Source: Macrostomum lignano
Lineage: Eukaryota
Reading direction: 5' to 3'
Assembly (NCBI GenBank): GCA_002269645.1
Contig: NIVC01001040.1
Coordinates: 1 to 64,000 of the forward strand
Length of the DNA stretch: 64,000 nt
Shown: positions 1 to 11,580 of the stretch, piece by piece
Layout of the letters: every line of letters begins with the position of its first letter
Numbering within the stretch: the stretch's first letter is position 1
The notes under the pieces: generated by a model
Seen by the model: only the letters and a program-made list of their open reading frames with translations
Told to the model about the DNA's origin: nothing
Database searches by the model: none
Position numbers and translations under genes: made by a program

Positions 1-3000
1 AATCTCAGACAAAGCAACGGTTGTTCGCGCGCTGTACATCGCCTGCCAGGATGGCTCAGTCGAATTCGTTAGGAAATTAATCAAGGCGCGGTGTCGATGT
101 GAACCTGCAAACAGAGTCTGGTGAGACACCCCTGCTTGCTGCTGTACAGTTCAATCACCGTGGAATTGTCAGACAGCTGCTGGACGCACATGCAGATGTG
201 AATTTGCCTGACGACGAGGGCTGGTCACCGATTTTCATGGCGTCACAAGAGGGTTATTTGAAAGTGCTTCAGATGCTGATTGCAGCTCAAGCTGATGTCG
301 ATCTTCTCTCTAAAGACGAGACAACAGCGCTCTTCATTGCGGCAAAAGCTGGTCAGTATCACATAGCCAAAGCACTTGTACTAGCGCGCAGCTGACGTCA
401 ATTTACAGACTCGAAATGGTAGGTCCGCGCTTTTCATTTCGGCAGAAAAGGGCAATCAAAAACTTTTGACCTTTCTGCTCAACGCGCAAGCTGATCCGGA
501 CGCACAAACTTGTGACCAAAAATCACCTTTGCATGCAGCAACTGTGAATGGTCATAGACAGGTGGTACAGATATTAATTAAGGCAATGGCAAACTTGGAT
601 TGTCGGACTGAACAGTCAATGACACCTCTCATTCTTGCCACTCAAGCTGAAAGCCGTCACATTATTGAGCTTCTTATCAATTCGCAAGCAGATCCGAATA
701 CTCCAGGATTATCAGGAGAAACTGCTCTTCATGCTGCGCTAAACAGAGCCTCTTGCGAATTGAGCAGCCTCCTAATTACAGCACGCTCAAATCTAGATAT
801 TCTGGACGATCAGGGGTTCGCTCCAATCCATTTAGTCTCTAAGCATGGTGATTGCAAGTTATTGCAAGCATTGGTTTCAGCTAACGCCGATGTAAATTTT
901 CGATCTCGGTCAGGAGCTACTGCCGCTTACATGGCAACGCAAGAAAATCATATCAACGTGCTTAATTTGCTTATTACGTCAATCTGACCTAAATCTCGGA
1001 GCTGTGGAGCAGGCAACACCACTCTACACATTGCCTCGCAGGATGGTCTCCAAGAATCTGTTAAGACACTCATAAAAGCACAAGCAAACATTAATAAACG
1101 AGTGCTTACTGGTCAGTCACCTTTATACATTGCCTGCCAAAAAGGACACGAAAAAGTTGTCAATGAGTTATTGAAGGCACAAGCCGATGTTGAACTGTAA
1201 GACGAAAGAGGCTTCTCGCCTTTATACATGGCCGCACAGTTTGGCCATAGCGAAGTCGTCAAAGCTCTGATAAAGTCGCAAGCAGATGTGAATGTCCTCT
1301 GGAAATTTTCTCTAGCACCTTTGCACATTGCAGCGCAAGAGAACCACCAGGAAACTGTTGACTTGCTTATCGGAGCCCAGGCCAATGTCGACGTCCAGAG
1401 GGATACTGGAGAGTCGCCGCTCCACTTGGCAGTGCACTGGGGTCACGTAGGAGTTGTGTCTTCCCTCCTGACAGGCCAAGCCGAAGTAGATCTTCAAGAA
1501 GTCGGAGAGGGATATTCGCCTCTTTTGATATCTAGCCAACAGGGTCACACTGACATTACCAACTTGCTTCTGAGCTCTAAAGCAGATTCGGATATTCGAA
1601 CCAAGAGTGGCAAGTCGCCGCTGCACATTGCCGCAAAGTCAGGTCATGATCGAGTAGTTGAGCTGCTGCTTGAAGCCAGATGCACGATCAGACCACACGC
1701 ACTTGATGGAAATACGCCTTTGGAGTTGTCCCTCGCTCAAAACCATCTGCCGTAGCTAGACGACTCAGAAGGGCTCAAGAAAATTTCGATTATTGCGCTG
1801 CAGACTCTGAAGTAATAAAAGACAGTACTGATATTCCACCTGTTCTTCAGCCAGAAGCGAACTTATCTAGTAAACGTTTTGAACAGTTTGAAAACCTTAC
1901 TAAGTATGGGTAAGTTTTGTTCCATTTTATGAAACAGGTATTTTAGCTGTAATTTTTATCACATGTACGAGAAGAATACTAAGGAGAAATGTCTAACTTC
2001 ACTAAACTTCAGACCACAACCCGAAGACACAGAACTCAGTCTGCAGCTACACGCAGCACTAACCAAGTCGGGATTTTCCGAAACCAGAGCCGCAATGCAG
2101 AGTGCAATGGCCGACGTACTGGAAACAATTCTAAGAAACCGACTGAATGACAATGAGGTCTTCGTAGTGGGAAGCTACTCCGAGGGCTGGGGCAACAGTC
2201 TAACACGTATGGACGGTAGAACTGATTTTGAATCCGACATTGACGTAGTTCAGCTAATGCCTGGCCGATTGTATCACGTGAGACGCTTCTGCCAATGCCG
2301 AATGCTAACAGTCGACAAACAACAAGTTACTACAACGGGCATATAGAATGTGAAGGATTTGGTGAGGGTTCAATGATTATGAGCTTAAATTTAGTATTTT
2401 GGTCATCTAGAAAGGACTTTATATTATACTCGTAATTCTGCTTCCCAACTTTAGCGTCAAACCCAGCCCGGCCAGAGAACGGTTCGACTCTCCGACCCGC
2501 CGTGGACCGCGTGAGCGCCTGTCGCCTCTGCTGCTATCCTCCAATCGGGCCGCTGCAGCCTCATCGACTGGCCAAATCCAGCATCCCACAAACGGTGCTG
2601 CAGTCTCTCACAAGCGAGCTCGAAGCCTCGCCCTGTCACGTGGTTCACGCGGCACCTGCTGGACAAGCCGGCAAGCAGCTCCGAGTGAGCACCACCTTCC
2701 TAGAGAGACGCCTGCTACGGAGTCTCACAACTCTGCAGGGCCAGCTGTTCGTCACGCTCAAGTTTCTGGTCAAGAAGGTGATCGGTCGCAGAGTTCATGG
2801 TCTGAAGGCGTATCACGCGAAGACGGTCACGTTCCGAATGCTTGAAGAGACACCAGAAGAGCAGTGGAAGCCGGAGAACCTTATGACACTCATCCGTCGA
2901 TCGGTGCAGATGCTGTTGGACAGTGTCGAGACGAGTCGTTCCGCTGACAATACAGATGGCCAAATAATGGAGCATTTCTTCTTGAGCGATGCGGCTTTGT

Positions 3001-3782
3001 ATCTGAAGGGTGCCGATCGCAGCAGTTTTGAAGAGATCGTGCAAGTTCTTCGAGACGTGATCGACCACTTGCCCCAGCTGCTGATGAGCTTCAATGAATA
3101 TCTGAAACCAGTCAGTGCTGAAGGCATGTTTTACTTTCATCCGTTCCTCATACTACCTATTCTTTTGTGGAACCCGGATCAAAAGTCGAACGAGCCTGCG
3201 TATCATAAAGTGTATAATTTAGTAAGGGAATCTTTACTTAGTCTCTTTGAAGTTAACTATGAAGGTGGCGAGGCTCATGCTACTCTGTTTGAGCAGTTAG
3301 ACAAGTTGCCAGATTGCGCTCGATCAGCCCGGCAGAGTCTCAAAGCTTTGAGCTGCCTTATGTTTGACGACCTGAGCACCGCCGTGGAGTTTCTGACGGA
3401 CTGCCGAGCTCACCAGGTTTGCCGTTGTCTTGCATGGCCCAGTGATAGGCCAGCTGCTGAGGCAACTGAAAGCATCGTGTGGAGGCATTTAGAAACCCAG
3501 GATTCGGCGTGGAAGTTTTGCTTCAAATTTGGACAGCGACATAAATTTCAGTTTCGAGTGAAAAGTGATTTTTACGACTTCATTTCTGAATGCTTCCCGT
3601 TGCCGATGGAAAACTTTGAGAACTTTTACTATATGAACTTTGAGGCCCTGTTGCAGTGCCTGCGACTGGAACTGACACCAGGCGACTACCAAGCTGTCAA
3701 CTGGCTCAAGGAAATCTCTCAACGTGACGACGCTGATGAAGTGGAGCAGAGAATTCTTTCAAGGTATCAACATTTGATTTGA
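1..3782 (+). pseudogene. Ankyrin-repeat + cGAS/Mab-21-like nucleotidyltransferase (cGLR-like) gene, multiply frameshifted; 5' end lies outside the window
   Basis: 1-1750 carries many ankyrin motifs (GETPLLAA, KSPLHAAT, GFAPIHLV, GESPLHLAV, GKSPLHIAA). 1963-2346 has the NTase signature VVGSYSEGWG...ESDIDVV. 2455-3782 has Mab-21 C-lobe motifs (TLKFLVKKVI..LKAYHAKTVTFRMLEETPEEQW, MEHFFL). Putative introns 1910-1946 and 2362-2454 join these parts in phase. Frameshifts near 30, 90, 388, 980, 1750 and 2328, plus an in-frame TAA at 1198-1200. Confidence 0.8.
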
Positions 3783-4424
3783 GAAGATTTCAATGCTGCT
3801 AACAATCACTTGTTTTATGATGATGATGATTAAACCTAAACCTACTACTGCAAGTAGGTAAATCAAGAAGGTCGACAATTTTCCACCACATTTTAGACAT
3901 CATAGATTTCGTTGACGATTTCGAAGATGATGTAATAAAAGTGAACAAAAGAAACCCAAAAGTAGTGCGCTGACGGAATTCGTCACAATTCACAGAGCTC
4001 TACCAATTTATCTACTTAAAAAATTAGGAAGTTAAAATGTTTTATTATTTTATAGACTTATTGTGTATACACACTTCTACGAGCTATTAACTATAATTTT
4101 ATTAAACTCTGTGTATTTGTTTTAATGCACTTAAGAGTTAGCTAGATATTATACAACCTGTTTAAATGAATGCGATCAATGAAGATCCTTGTTCTCTTGT
4201 TTTCTTTTTCCCTTTTGTCCTAATCTTGTAGCTTTAGATTTTTTGTACCTTCTTGATTAAGATTTTTAATCTCTTACCAAGAGCCCTAAGAGTCGCCGTA
4301 AGTATCCCACGCACTCATTGGTACTGAAAAGTCGACTTACAATAAATAATAAACGATTCATATCCAGTTGTTTTGCGACGTTGCTTTGACTTTTCTGAAC
4401 TCTCCTCAAATGTCAAGACCACCG

Positions 4425-4720
4425 CGTTATCAGTAGGAAACTAACATCACACACTACTGTCAGAGTATTTAAAGCAGAACGTTTGCGGGTGACTGTAAAT
4501 CAACATGTTTGCGATCATAAATGTGCGAGTGTAGCATAATACCGTTATCTTACAGAAGCAGTGCCCGCTATTCAACAAGTAGCAATATAGTTGACTTAAC
4601 GAAAGCATTACGATCGCTACAAGTTCTCCTGGTAAGCGCGCCTGCAAGGCTGGATTCTTAATCTAGTTCGAAAGTTTCCGAGTTAAATAGTGGCACGTTG
4701 TTTATTTAAAAACATTTATC
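4425..4720. repeat. Dispersed ~290-bp duplicate of 25860-26140 (paralogous intron sequence of the duplicated ankyrin gene)
   Basis: Shared blocks such as cacactactgt(t)cagagta, gtgactgtaaa(a)tcaacatgtttgcgatca, cgctattcaacaagtagc and tttccgagttaaatagtggca occur at both loci. Confidence 0.8.
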
Positions 4721-4746
4721 GTTTTTTCAATAATTTTTCGGCTTAC

Positions 4747-5592
4747 CTTAGATGTCAGGCCCAAAATTAGACCACCGATAGTCACCACCAAGCGCATCTC
4801 CCTACAATTTAAGACAATTTTAATGTAAACTTCTACTTTTCTGCATGATTCGGCAGGATCCGTAGGATGAAAACGTTTTTATTGGCTGCCATGCATTATG
4901 CAGCTCGATTTAAGTCAACAGATCTATATGCCATTAATAGTACAGTTTCAAGAGCCAGCTACTCAAGCTACTCACCTCTCAATGTACCCAGCCAGCTCTT
5001 CATGCCCATTGCGCGTCGCAATGTCTACAGCTGTCAGACCGTTGAGGTCCTTCAGGCCAAGCAGGCGTTTTCGTTCGTTATTCGGCTTCTCGGGTCCTTT
5101 GCCGCCATTCTGCTTAGGCGAGTCCGAACTCTCAGCTTCCTTCTTGTCGGTCTCCGTCCACTCAATGTGACTCCACTGCCGCAGCAGATGCAGCAGGTGC
5201 TTGGCGCAGATCCAGCTTCCGGTTTGAGCCGCCTCCATCAGCGGGGTCAGGCCTTGGCTGTTCTGCAGCCACTTAGCATTGAAAGGCATCAGCGCCAGAA
5301 GCCGCACGTTGTCCTGTCGGGCTGCCAAATGCGCAGCCGTGTTGCCCGACTGGTCAATCGCTTTGGTATCGGCGCCAAGTTTAATTAAGTACAAAATGCA
5401 CGTTTCAGCCTGATCTGGAATTCTTGGCGAGTCGGCTGCTAGCATGAGAACGGTACGGTTGGCTTGGTCGGTTGTCGTCACAAGCTGACTGGTTGCCAGC
5501 TGCTGCACCTGGTCAAAGTCACCTTGAATGACCAGCTGTGCGACAGTCTGGAGCGGAGCAGAGGTTGCAGGTGCACGCATTACCAATTGCAT
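4747..5592 (-). CDS. Short ankyrin-repeat gene, copy 1 (exons 5592-4976 and 4801-4747; no copy of the next exon of copy 2 found in the window)
   Basis: Ankyrin motifs NRTVLMLAA, GNTAAHLAA, GLTPLMEAA, GLTAVDIA. GT donor at 4975, AG acceptor at 4802 (phase 2), GTAAGC donor at 4746. Near-identical to 33204-32382. Confidence 0.75.
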
Positions 5593-5887
5593 CTGACATC
5601 TACAGCAGGACGAACAAAAACAGTCGGTATTAAATTATCAAATCTTAACCCAGGAAAGAGGTTTAACAAAACGGACCTACTAAACTAGACTAGGCTCTGA
5701 TAAACTACATTAAACTGCATATTATACAGAAAATGTAGAAATATTTTAAAATGTGAGTCTTTTAAGTGACAATATATTATCTATACACATGCTGCTATTA
5801 CTTAAGTTTCATCTACCACTTCAATATTATCTACCAAATTTCATAAATTGACACATGATTTAAATATGATCATGACACATGTCCATG

Positions 5888-6030
5888 ATTTACATTGCAA
5901 CTCTGCATTATCATCCATTAGTGATCTGACAGAAACATTGAAACAGCAATACTTTTATTTGAGCAATGCAGATGAAAAACTAGATTATTAATGCAGAACT
6001 GCTGAGCCAGTCTGTTGCACCGGATAAATA
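5888..6030 (+). repeat. ~140-bp direct repeat, partner at 8969-9108
   Basis: tttacattgc...attgaaacagcaat..ttttat.tgagcaatgcag...ttaatgcagaactgctg..cagtctgttgcacc.gataaataat occurs at both positions. Confidence 0.75.
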
Positions 6031-6559
6031 ATGTACATGTAACTGCACTGGCTGTGTGAGCAGTCAGCTACCTGAAGAAAGGCTGTGTGAGTCAGCACCA
6101 ACCTCACGCGCCTGTGATGGACTGTTTCTAATTTTCTAAGGTTAGTCCAACGTATTCGAAATAACAAATCGGTATTCAATTTTCACTTTCATCGCCGCTA
6201 AAAAGCTATGCATCGAAAGCAAAATCTGATTGGCTGTTGCTTCTGGACTTTTGAAGACAAAAATACAAAAAGAAAGGTGGAGCATCTGGTCAGTGGGTCA
6301 AAGCGAGGGTGAATTGCTGAATTCTGTCAGTTGACATGCGCGCAGCTGGCTAAGAGAGGCCAGTGAGCAGGACTGCTCAATCTCGCAGCTAAACGAAACC
6401 CGAGCTGAGCGAGCAGTTGCTACTCAATGCAACAGAATGCTTGAGAAGCCAGTTTTTTATAAGCCAAAGGCAGGACAGTGAAAGTGATGGTAAGGCTGAC
6501 TCGAATGTGCAATAGAATTGAATTTTTACAGATGCGCAACAAAACAACAAAAGCTGGGC

Positions 6560-6599
6560 AGAGAGAGAGAGAGAGGGAGAGAGAGAGAGAGGGAGAGAG
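6560..6599. repeat. (AG)n microsatellite
   Basis: Direct inspection. Confidence 0.95.
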
Positions 6600-6962
6600 T
6601 GTTGCAAGGTGAAGTGCACCGAAGAGACACTGGAAAATTCCAAAACTGAGTGCCCACCCCAAGAGCGCAAGGCGCATAGCGAATCTTCAGGTGCAAACGA
6701 ATTTCTGGAGAATACAATGCAGCTCTTCTCTTTAATGGAAAATGATATTCTTTTGAGTACTATGAGTAGCGTATTGTAAGCGATATTGTTTGCGGAGATT
6801 TAAAAGTACTTTTGACCTGGACGACTATATACCCAATAGGGCCAAGAAGTGATGAAAGTTATGAACTGATGAAGTGATTGGATTGATGACAGCTGTTTTA
6901 TTCGCGATTTTGGGGTATTTGGGTGTCCAATCAGTATAGATATTTGGCCCCTCCCATTGGCC

Positions 6963-8604
6963 AGCCCTGCCCCCCATCCTACATCCCAGCCTGTCTCTCT
7001 CCCTGCCCCCCATCCTACATCCCAGCCTGTCTCTCGCCCTGCCCCTCACCCTGCATCCCAGCCTGTCTCTCTCCCTGCCCCCCAGCCTGTCTCTCTCCCT
7101 GCCCCTCACCCTACATCCCAGCCTGTCTCTCTCCCTGCCCCTCACCCTACATCCCAGCCTGTCTCTCTCCCTGCCCCCCATCCTACATCCCAGCCTGTCT
7201 CTCTCCCTGCCCCCCATCCTAAATCCCAGCCTGTCTCTCTCCCTGCCCCCATCCTACATCCCAGCCTGTCTCTCTCCCTGCCCCCCATCCTACATCCCAG
7301 CCTGTCTCTCTCCCTGCCCCTCACCCTACATCCCAGCCTGTCTCTCTCCCTGCCCCTCACCCTACATCCCAGCCTGTCTCTCTCCCTGCCCCTCACCCTA
7401 CATCCCAGCCTGTCTCTCTCCCTGCCCCCCATCCTACATCCCAGCCTGTCTCTCTCCCTGCCCCTCACCCTACATCCCAGCCTGTCTCTCTCCCTGCCCC
7501 TCACCCTACATCCCAGCCTGTCTCTCTCCCTGCCCTCACCCTGCATCCCAGCCTGTCTCTCTCCCTGCCCTCACCCTACATCCCAGCCTGTCTCTCTCCC
7601 TGCCCTCACCCTGCATCCCAGCCTGTCTCTCTCCCTGCCCCTCACCCTACATCCCAGCCTGTCTCTCTCCCTGCCCCCCATCCTACATCCCAGCCTGTCT
7701 CTCTCCCTGCCCTCACCCTACATCCCAGCCTGTCTCTCTCCCTGCCCCTCACCCTACATCCCAGCCTGTCTCTCTCCCTGCCCCCATCCTACATCCCAGC
7801 CTGTCTCTCTCCCTGCCCCTCACCCTACATCCCAGCCTGTCTCTCTCCCTGCCCCTCACCCTACATCCCAGCCTGTCTCTCTCCCTGCCCCTCACCCTAC
7901 ATCCCAGCCTGTCTCTCTCCCTGCCCCTCACCCTACATCCCAGCCTGTCTCTCTCCCTGCCCCTCACCCTACATCCCAGCCTGTCTCTCTCCCTGCCCCT
8001 CACCCTACATCCCAGCCTGTCTCTCTCCCTGCCCCCCATCCTACATCCCAGCCTGTCTCTCTCCCTGCCCCTCACCCTACATCCCAGCCTGTCTCTCTCC
8101 CTGCCCCCCATCCTACATCCCAGCCTGTCTCTCTCCCTGCCCCTCACCCTACATCCCAGCCTGTCTCTCTCCCTGCCCCTCACCCTACATCCCAGCCTGT
8201 CTCTCTCCCTGCCCTCACCCTACATCCCAGCCTGTCTCTCTCCCTGCCCTCACCCTGCATCCCAGCCTGCCTCTCCCTGCCCCTCACCCTACATCCCAGC
8301 CTGTCTCTCTCCCTGCCCCTCACCCTACATCCCAGCCTGTCTCTCTCCCTGCCCCTCACCCTACATCCCAGCCTGTCTCTCTCCCTGCCCTCACCCTGCA
8401 TCCCAGCCTGTCTCTCTCCCTGCCCCTCACCCTACATCCCAGCCTGTCTCTCTCCCTGCCCTCACCCTGCATCCCAGCCTGTCTCTCTCCCTGCCCCCCA
8501 GCCTGTCTCTCTCCCTGCCCCTCACCCTACATCCCAGCCTGTCTCTCTCCCTGCCCCTCACCCTACATCCCAGCCTGTCTCTCTCCCTGCCCCCCATCCT
8601 ACAT
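6963..8604. repeat. 36-bp minisatellite, about 45 copies (cctacatcccagcctgtctctctccctgcccctcac)
   Basis: Direct tandem array; accounts for the PAPHPTSQPVSL-type ORFs. Confidence 0.97.
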
Positions 8605-8624
8605 CAAAGCCTTTCATGACATGG

Positions 8625-8966
8625 ATGAGCAATGGCTGTGTGCATGAGATGTGGGTCATGGCACATGGGCAATGGCTGTGTGCATGAGATATGGGTCATA
8701 GCACATGAGCAATGGCTGTGTGCATGAGATATGGGTCATGGCACATGAGCAATGGCTGTGTGCATGAGATGTGGGTCATGGCACATGAGCAATGGCTGTG
8801 TGCATGAGATGTGGGTCATGGCACATGGGCAATGGCTGTGTGCATGAGATATGGGTCATGGCACATGGGCAATGGCTGTGTGCATGAGATATGGGTCATG
8901 GCACATGAGCAATGGCTGCGTGCATGAGATATGGGTCATGGCACATGAGCAATGGCTGCGTGCACA
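8625..8966. repeat. 40-bp minisatellite, about 8 copies
   Basis: Unit gagcaatggctgtgtgcatgagatatgggtcatggcacat. Confidence 0.95.
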
Positions 8967-9255
8967 TACTTTACATTGCTGCACTGCAGTGCCATCCAAT
9001 ATTGATGGCAGAGAAATTGAAACAGCAATGATTTTATCTGAGCAATGCAGGTGAATAAAAATGATTAATGCAGAACTGCTGTGTCAGTCTGTTGCACCAG
9101 ATAAATAATTCCTAAGATTATCAAAGGTGGATTACAAAATGCACACCTAAACTGTGGATAAAGATTAGCAAAATAAGCCGTGAGTACAAATGCAAAATTA
9201 TTAATAAATTTATAACTAAACTGCATTTGAGCACAAAGTGCCATTGATGAGGTGC

Positions 9256-9436
9256 CACAGCAGGGTGAATTGAAGGCAGCAAAGTCAGACACAAATTCAT
9301 GCAGACTGCAGTCAAGCGAGCCATATTCAGTACTTGCAGTAGCACAGCTGGGTGAAGTGAAGGCAGCAAAGTCAGACACAAATTCATGCAGATTGCAGTC
9401 AAGCGAGCCATATTCAGTACTTGCAGTGGCACAGCT
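9256..9436. repeat. 87-bp tandem duplication (2 copies)
   Basis: cacagc.gggtgaa.tgaaggcagcaaagtcagacacaaattcatgcaga... starts at 9256 and 9343. Confidence 0.9.
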
Positions 9437-9734
9437 GGCTGCACCGGATGCAGACTTGGTCAGTGAAATGCGGGATGCTCAGGCGGTGACCTCAGCGGCT
9501 CATTCGGAAAATCCCTGACAGCTGCGGGATTAAAAATGTTGTTTAATCAGCTCAGGGGTGTCAAATGAATGTCTGCAAAGAATGGACTGCCTCATTGGAG
9601 CCTCTGAATTGACCTGAACTACAAATGACCTTAGATGAACCCACAGATCTAACCATGACATTGCATGACCCCACAGACCTAAGCATTACCTTAGATGACC
9701 CAACAGACCTGACCTTAGACGACCCACCAACTTA

Positions 9735-9978
9735 ATCATGACCTTATATGACCTCATAGACCTTATCATGAAGCTAGATGACACCACAGATGTAAGCATG
9801 ACCTTAGATGACCTCATAGACCTAATCATGAAGCTAGATGACACCACAAATGTAAGCATGACTTTAGATGACCTCATAGACCTAATCATGAAGCTAGATG
9901 ACACCACAGATGTAAGCATGACCTTAGATGACCTCATAGACCTAATCATGAAGCTAGATGACACCACAGATGTAAGCT
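9735..9978. repeat. 60-bp tandem repeat, about 4 copies, with degenerate shorter units upstream
   Basis: Unit atgaccttagatgacctcatagacctaatcatgaagctagatgacaccacagatgtaagc. Confidence 0.93.
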
Positions 9979-10152
9979 ACAGCCTAACCTTATAACCTTA
10001 TATGACCCCACAGCAATAAAACAGAAAAGGCTCTAGAGATTTTGAAAATATGCCTAAAACGAACCAATAATTATAACGTGACCCTAATTGACCCGGCTCC
10101 CTCACCCGCTCTTTAACCGTGACCTCAAATGACCCCGTCGGCCCCCGCCCTC

Positions 10153-10540
10153 ACCCGCTCGGCGCCGCCTCCGCAGGCGCTTCGACTTCGCCGCCGCCGC
10201 AGGCCGCCACGTCGCCGCCCTCCCGAGCCGCCCGAAGTCCCTGCCGGAAGTCGCCGACGCGCCTCAGCCTCAGCAGCTGCTCGGCTCTCAAAGCGTCATC
10301 AGCAAGCTGAGCATCGGCCGGTCTGGCCTCCAGAGCCGCCAGCTGCAGCCGGGCTTCATCCCGCTCGGCTGTCAGGGCGGCGATGACGGCGTCCTGCTGG
10401 TCCAGCCTCGCCGTCGCCTCGCCCAGCCTCTCGTTCAGGCGGGCGACTCTCGCCTCGCCGCGGCGTTGGCACAGCTCGAGCTGGCGACTGACTCAGTGAG
10501 GTGCTCTTCGTGCTGGTCCTGAGGGCATTGGGGCTGGGGT
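10153..10540 (-). CDS. Probable coding exon(s) of a coiled-coil protein, missed by the ORF track
   Basis: GC-rich open frame RQLELCQRRGEARVARLNERLGEATARLDQQDAVIAALTAERDEARLQLAALEARP...AAPSG ends at a GG|GTGAGG donor. Start and partner exons were not identified. Confidence 0.5.
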
Positions 10541-10547
10541 CTGCTGA

Positions 10548-10690
10548 GATCTGGTTGTGCTCAGGTGTGATCTGGGTGTGCTCAGGTGGGATCTGGGTGT
10601 GCTCAAGTGGGATCTGGGTGGCATCTGAGTGTGCTCAAGTGGGATCTGGGTGTGCTCAAGTGGGATCTGGGTGTGCTTAGGTGGGATCTG
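10548..10690. repeat. 21-bp minisatellite (gtgggatctgggtgtgctcaa)
   Basis: Period 21 (gatctgg at 10569, 10590, 10611). Confidence 0.9.
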
Positions 10691-10705
10691 GTTGGGCTTC
10701 TTATT

Positions 10706-11205
10706 CACGAAGCATTAGCAGAGTTTAAGTGCCGTCTTGGCGACCCAGACATTTTTAACGGCTCACTCGTAAAACTCTTCCTACAGCGCTGCAGCTCCGC
10801 GTCCCCGCCCACGAGCTCGACAGAGCGTCCAGCCGCCTGGGCCGACTCCGGTCGGACTGCCTGAGGAGACTCGGTGAGAAATGATGAGGCGACAGTTGGT
10901 GAACTAGTCAAAACCTGCAGTCTGAGCGCAGGCAACCAGCCAAAAGGCACCTGGAACTTCATGGCGCCCGAGGATGCTCATGGCAGAGGGATGGTGACGC
11001 AGAAGGGTGGTGACGCAGAAGGGTGGTGACGCAGAAGGGTGGTGACGCAGAAGGGTGGTGACGCAGAAGGGTGGTGACGCAGAAGGTGGTGACGCAGAAG
11101 GGTGGTGACGCAGAAGGGTGGTGACGCAGAAGGGTGGTGACGCAGAAGGGTGGTGACGCAGAAGGGTGGTGACGCAGAAGGGTGGTGACGCAGAAGGCTG
11201 GTGAC
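10706..11205 (+). repeat. Duplicated cassette (second copy 19094-19765): unique ~270 bp ending in a kinase activation-segment fragment, followed by a 16-bp minisatellite
   Basis: Near-identical sequence at both loci. 10901-10972 reads [24 protein letters not shown]. Repeat unit gcagaagggtggtgac. Confidence 0.9.
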
Positions 11206-11580
11206 ATCAAAGACAGACAGACAGGCACCCAGAATATATAGAAGACAGGGTAGATTTTACATCTTATCAGGGACGCGAGATAGACGCGGTTTCGGTCTTT
11301 GGAAGGCGCCGTGGACTGTTTCGAAGATTTATGCAATAAACTGACTCTGCGCAATAAGAGACTTTCTTTTAGACTACGAGCCAGAACGAACTAAAAAACC
11401 AAGCACACTCTCCCTGGAGAGAGACTGTTGATAACTTTATACTTATTTTGCAAAAAAGTAACCTTTTTAAATAAATAGAGTCGATGCTGAAAAAATATCG
11501 GCATGGGGGCTGGTGCTGAAACATACGTATAACAAATAAATAAATATAAATAATATCTGTACACATTCAAGAAACGTACG

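Noticed and set aside
6957-8687. 576-aa Pro-rich ORF and its antisense ORFs
   Set aside because: Product of the 36-bp minisatellite. The frame drifts among three repeat peptides through indels.
9735-9978. 60-bp repeats as a CRISPR array or EF-hand-like protein (MTLDDLIDLIMKLDDTTDVS)
   Set aside because: Units are contiguous with no unique spacers, no cas genes are present and the context is eukaryotic. The ORF is explained by a stop-free unit whose length is a multiple of 3.
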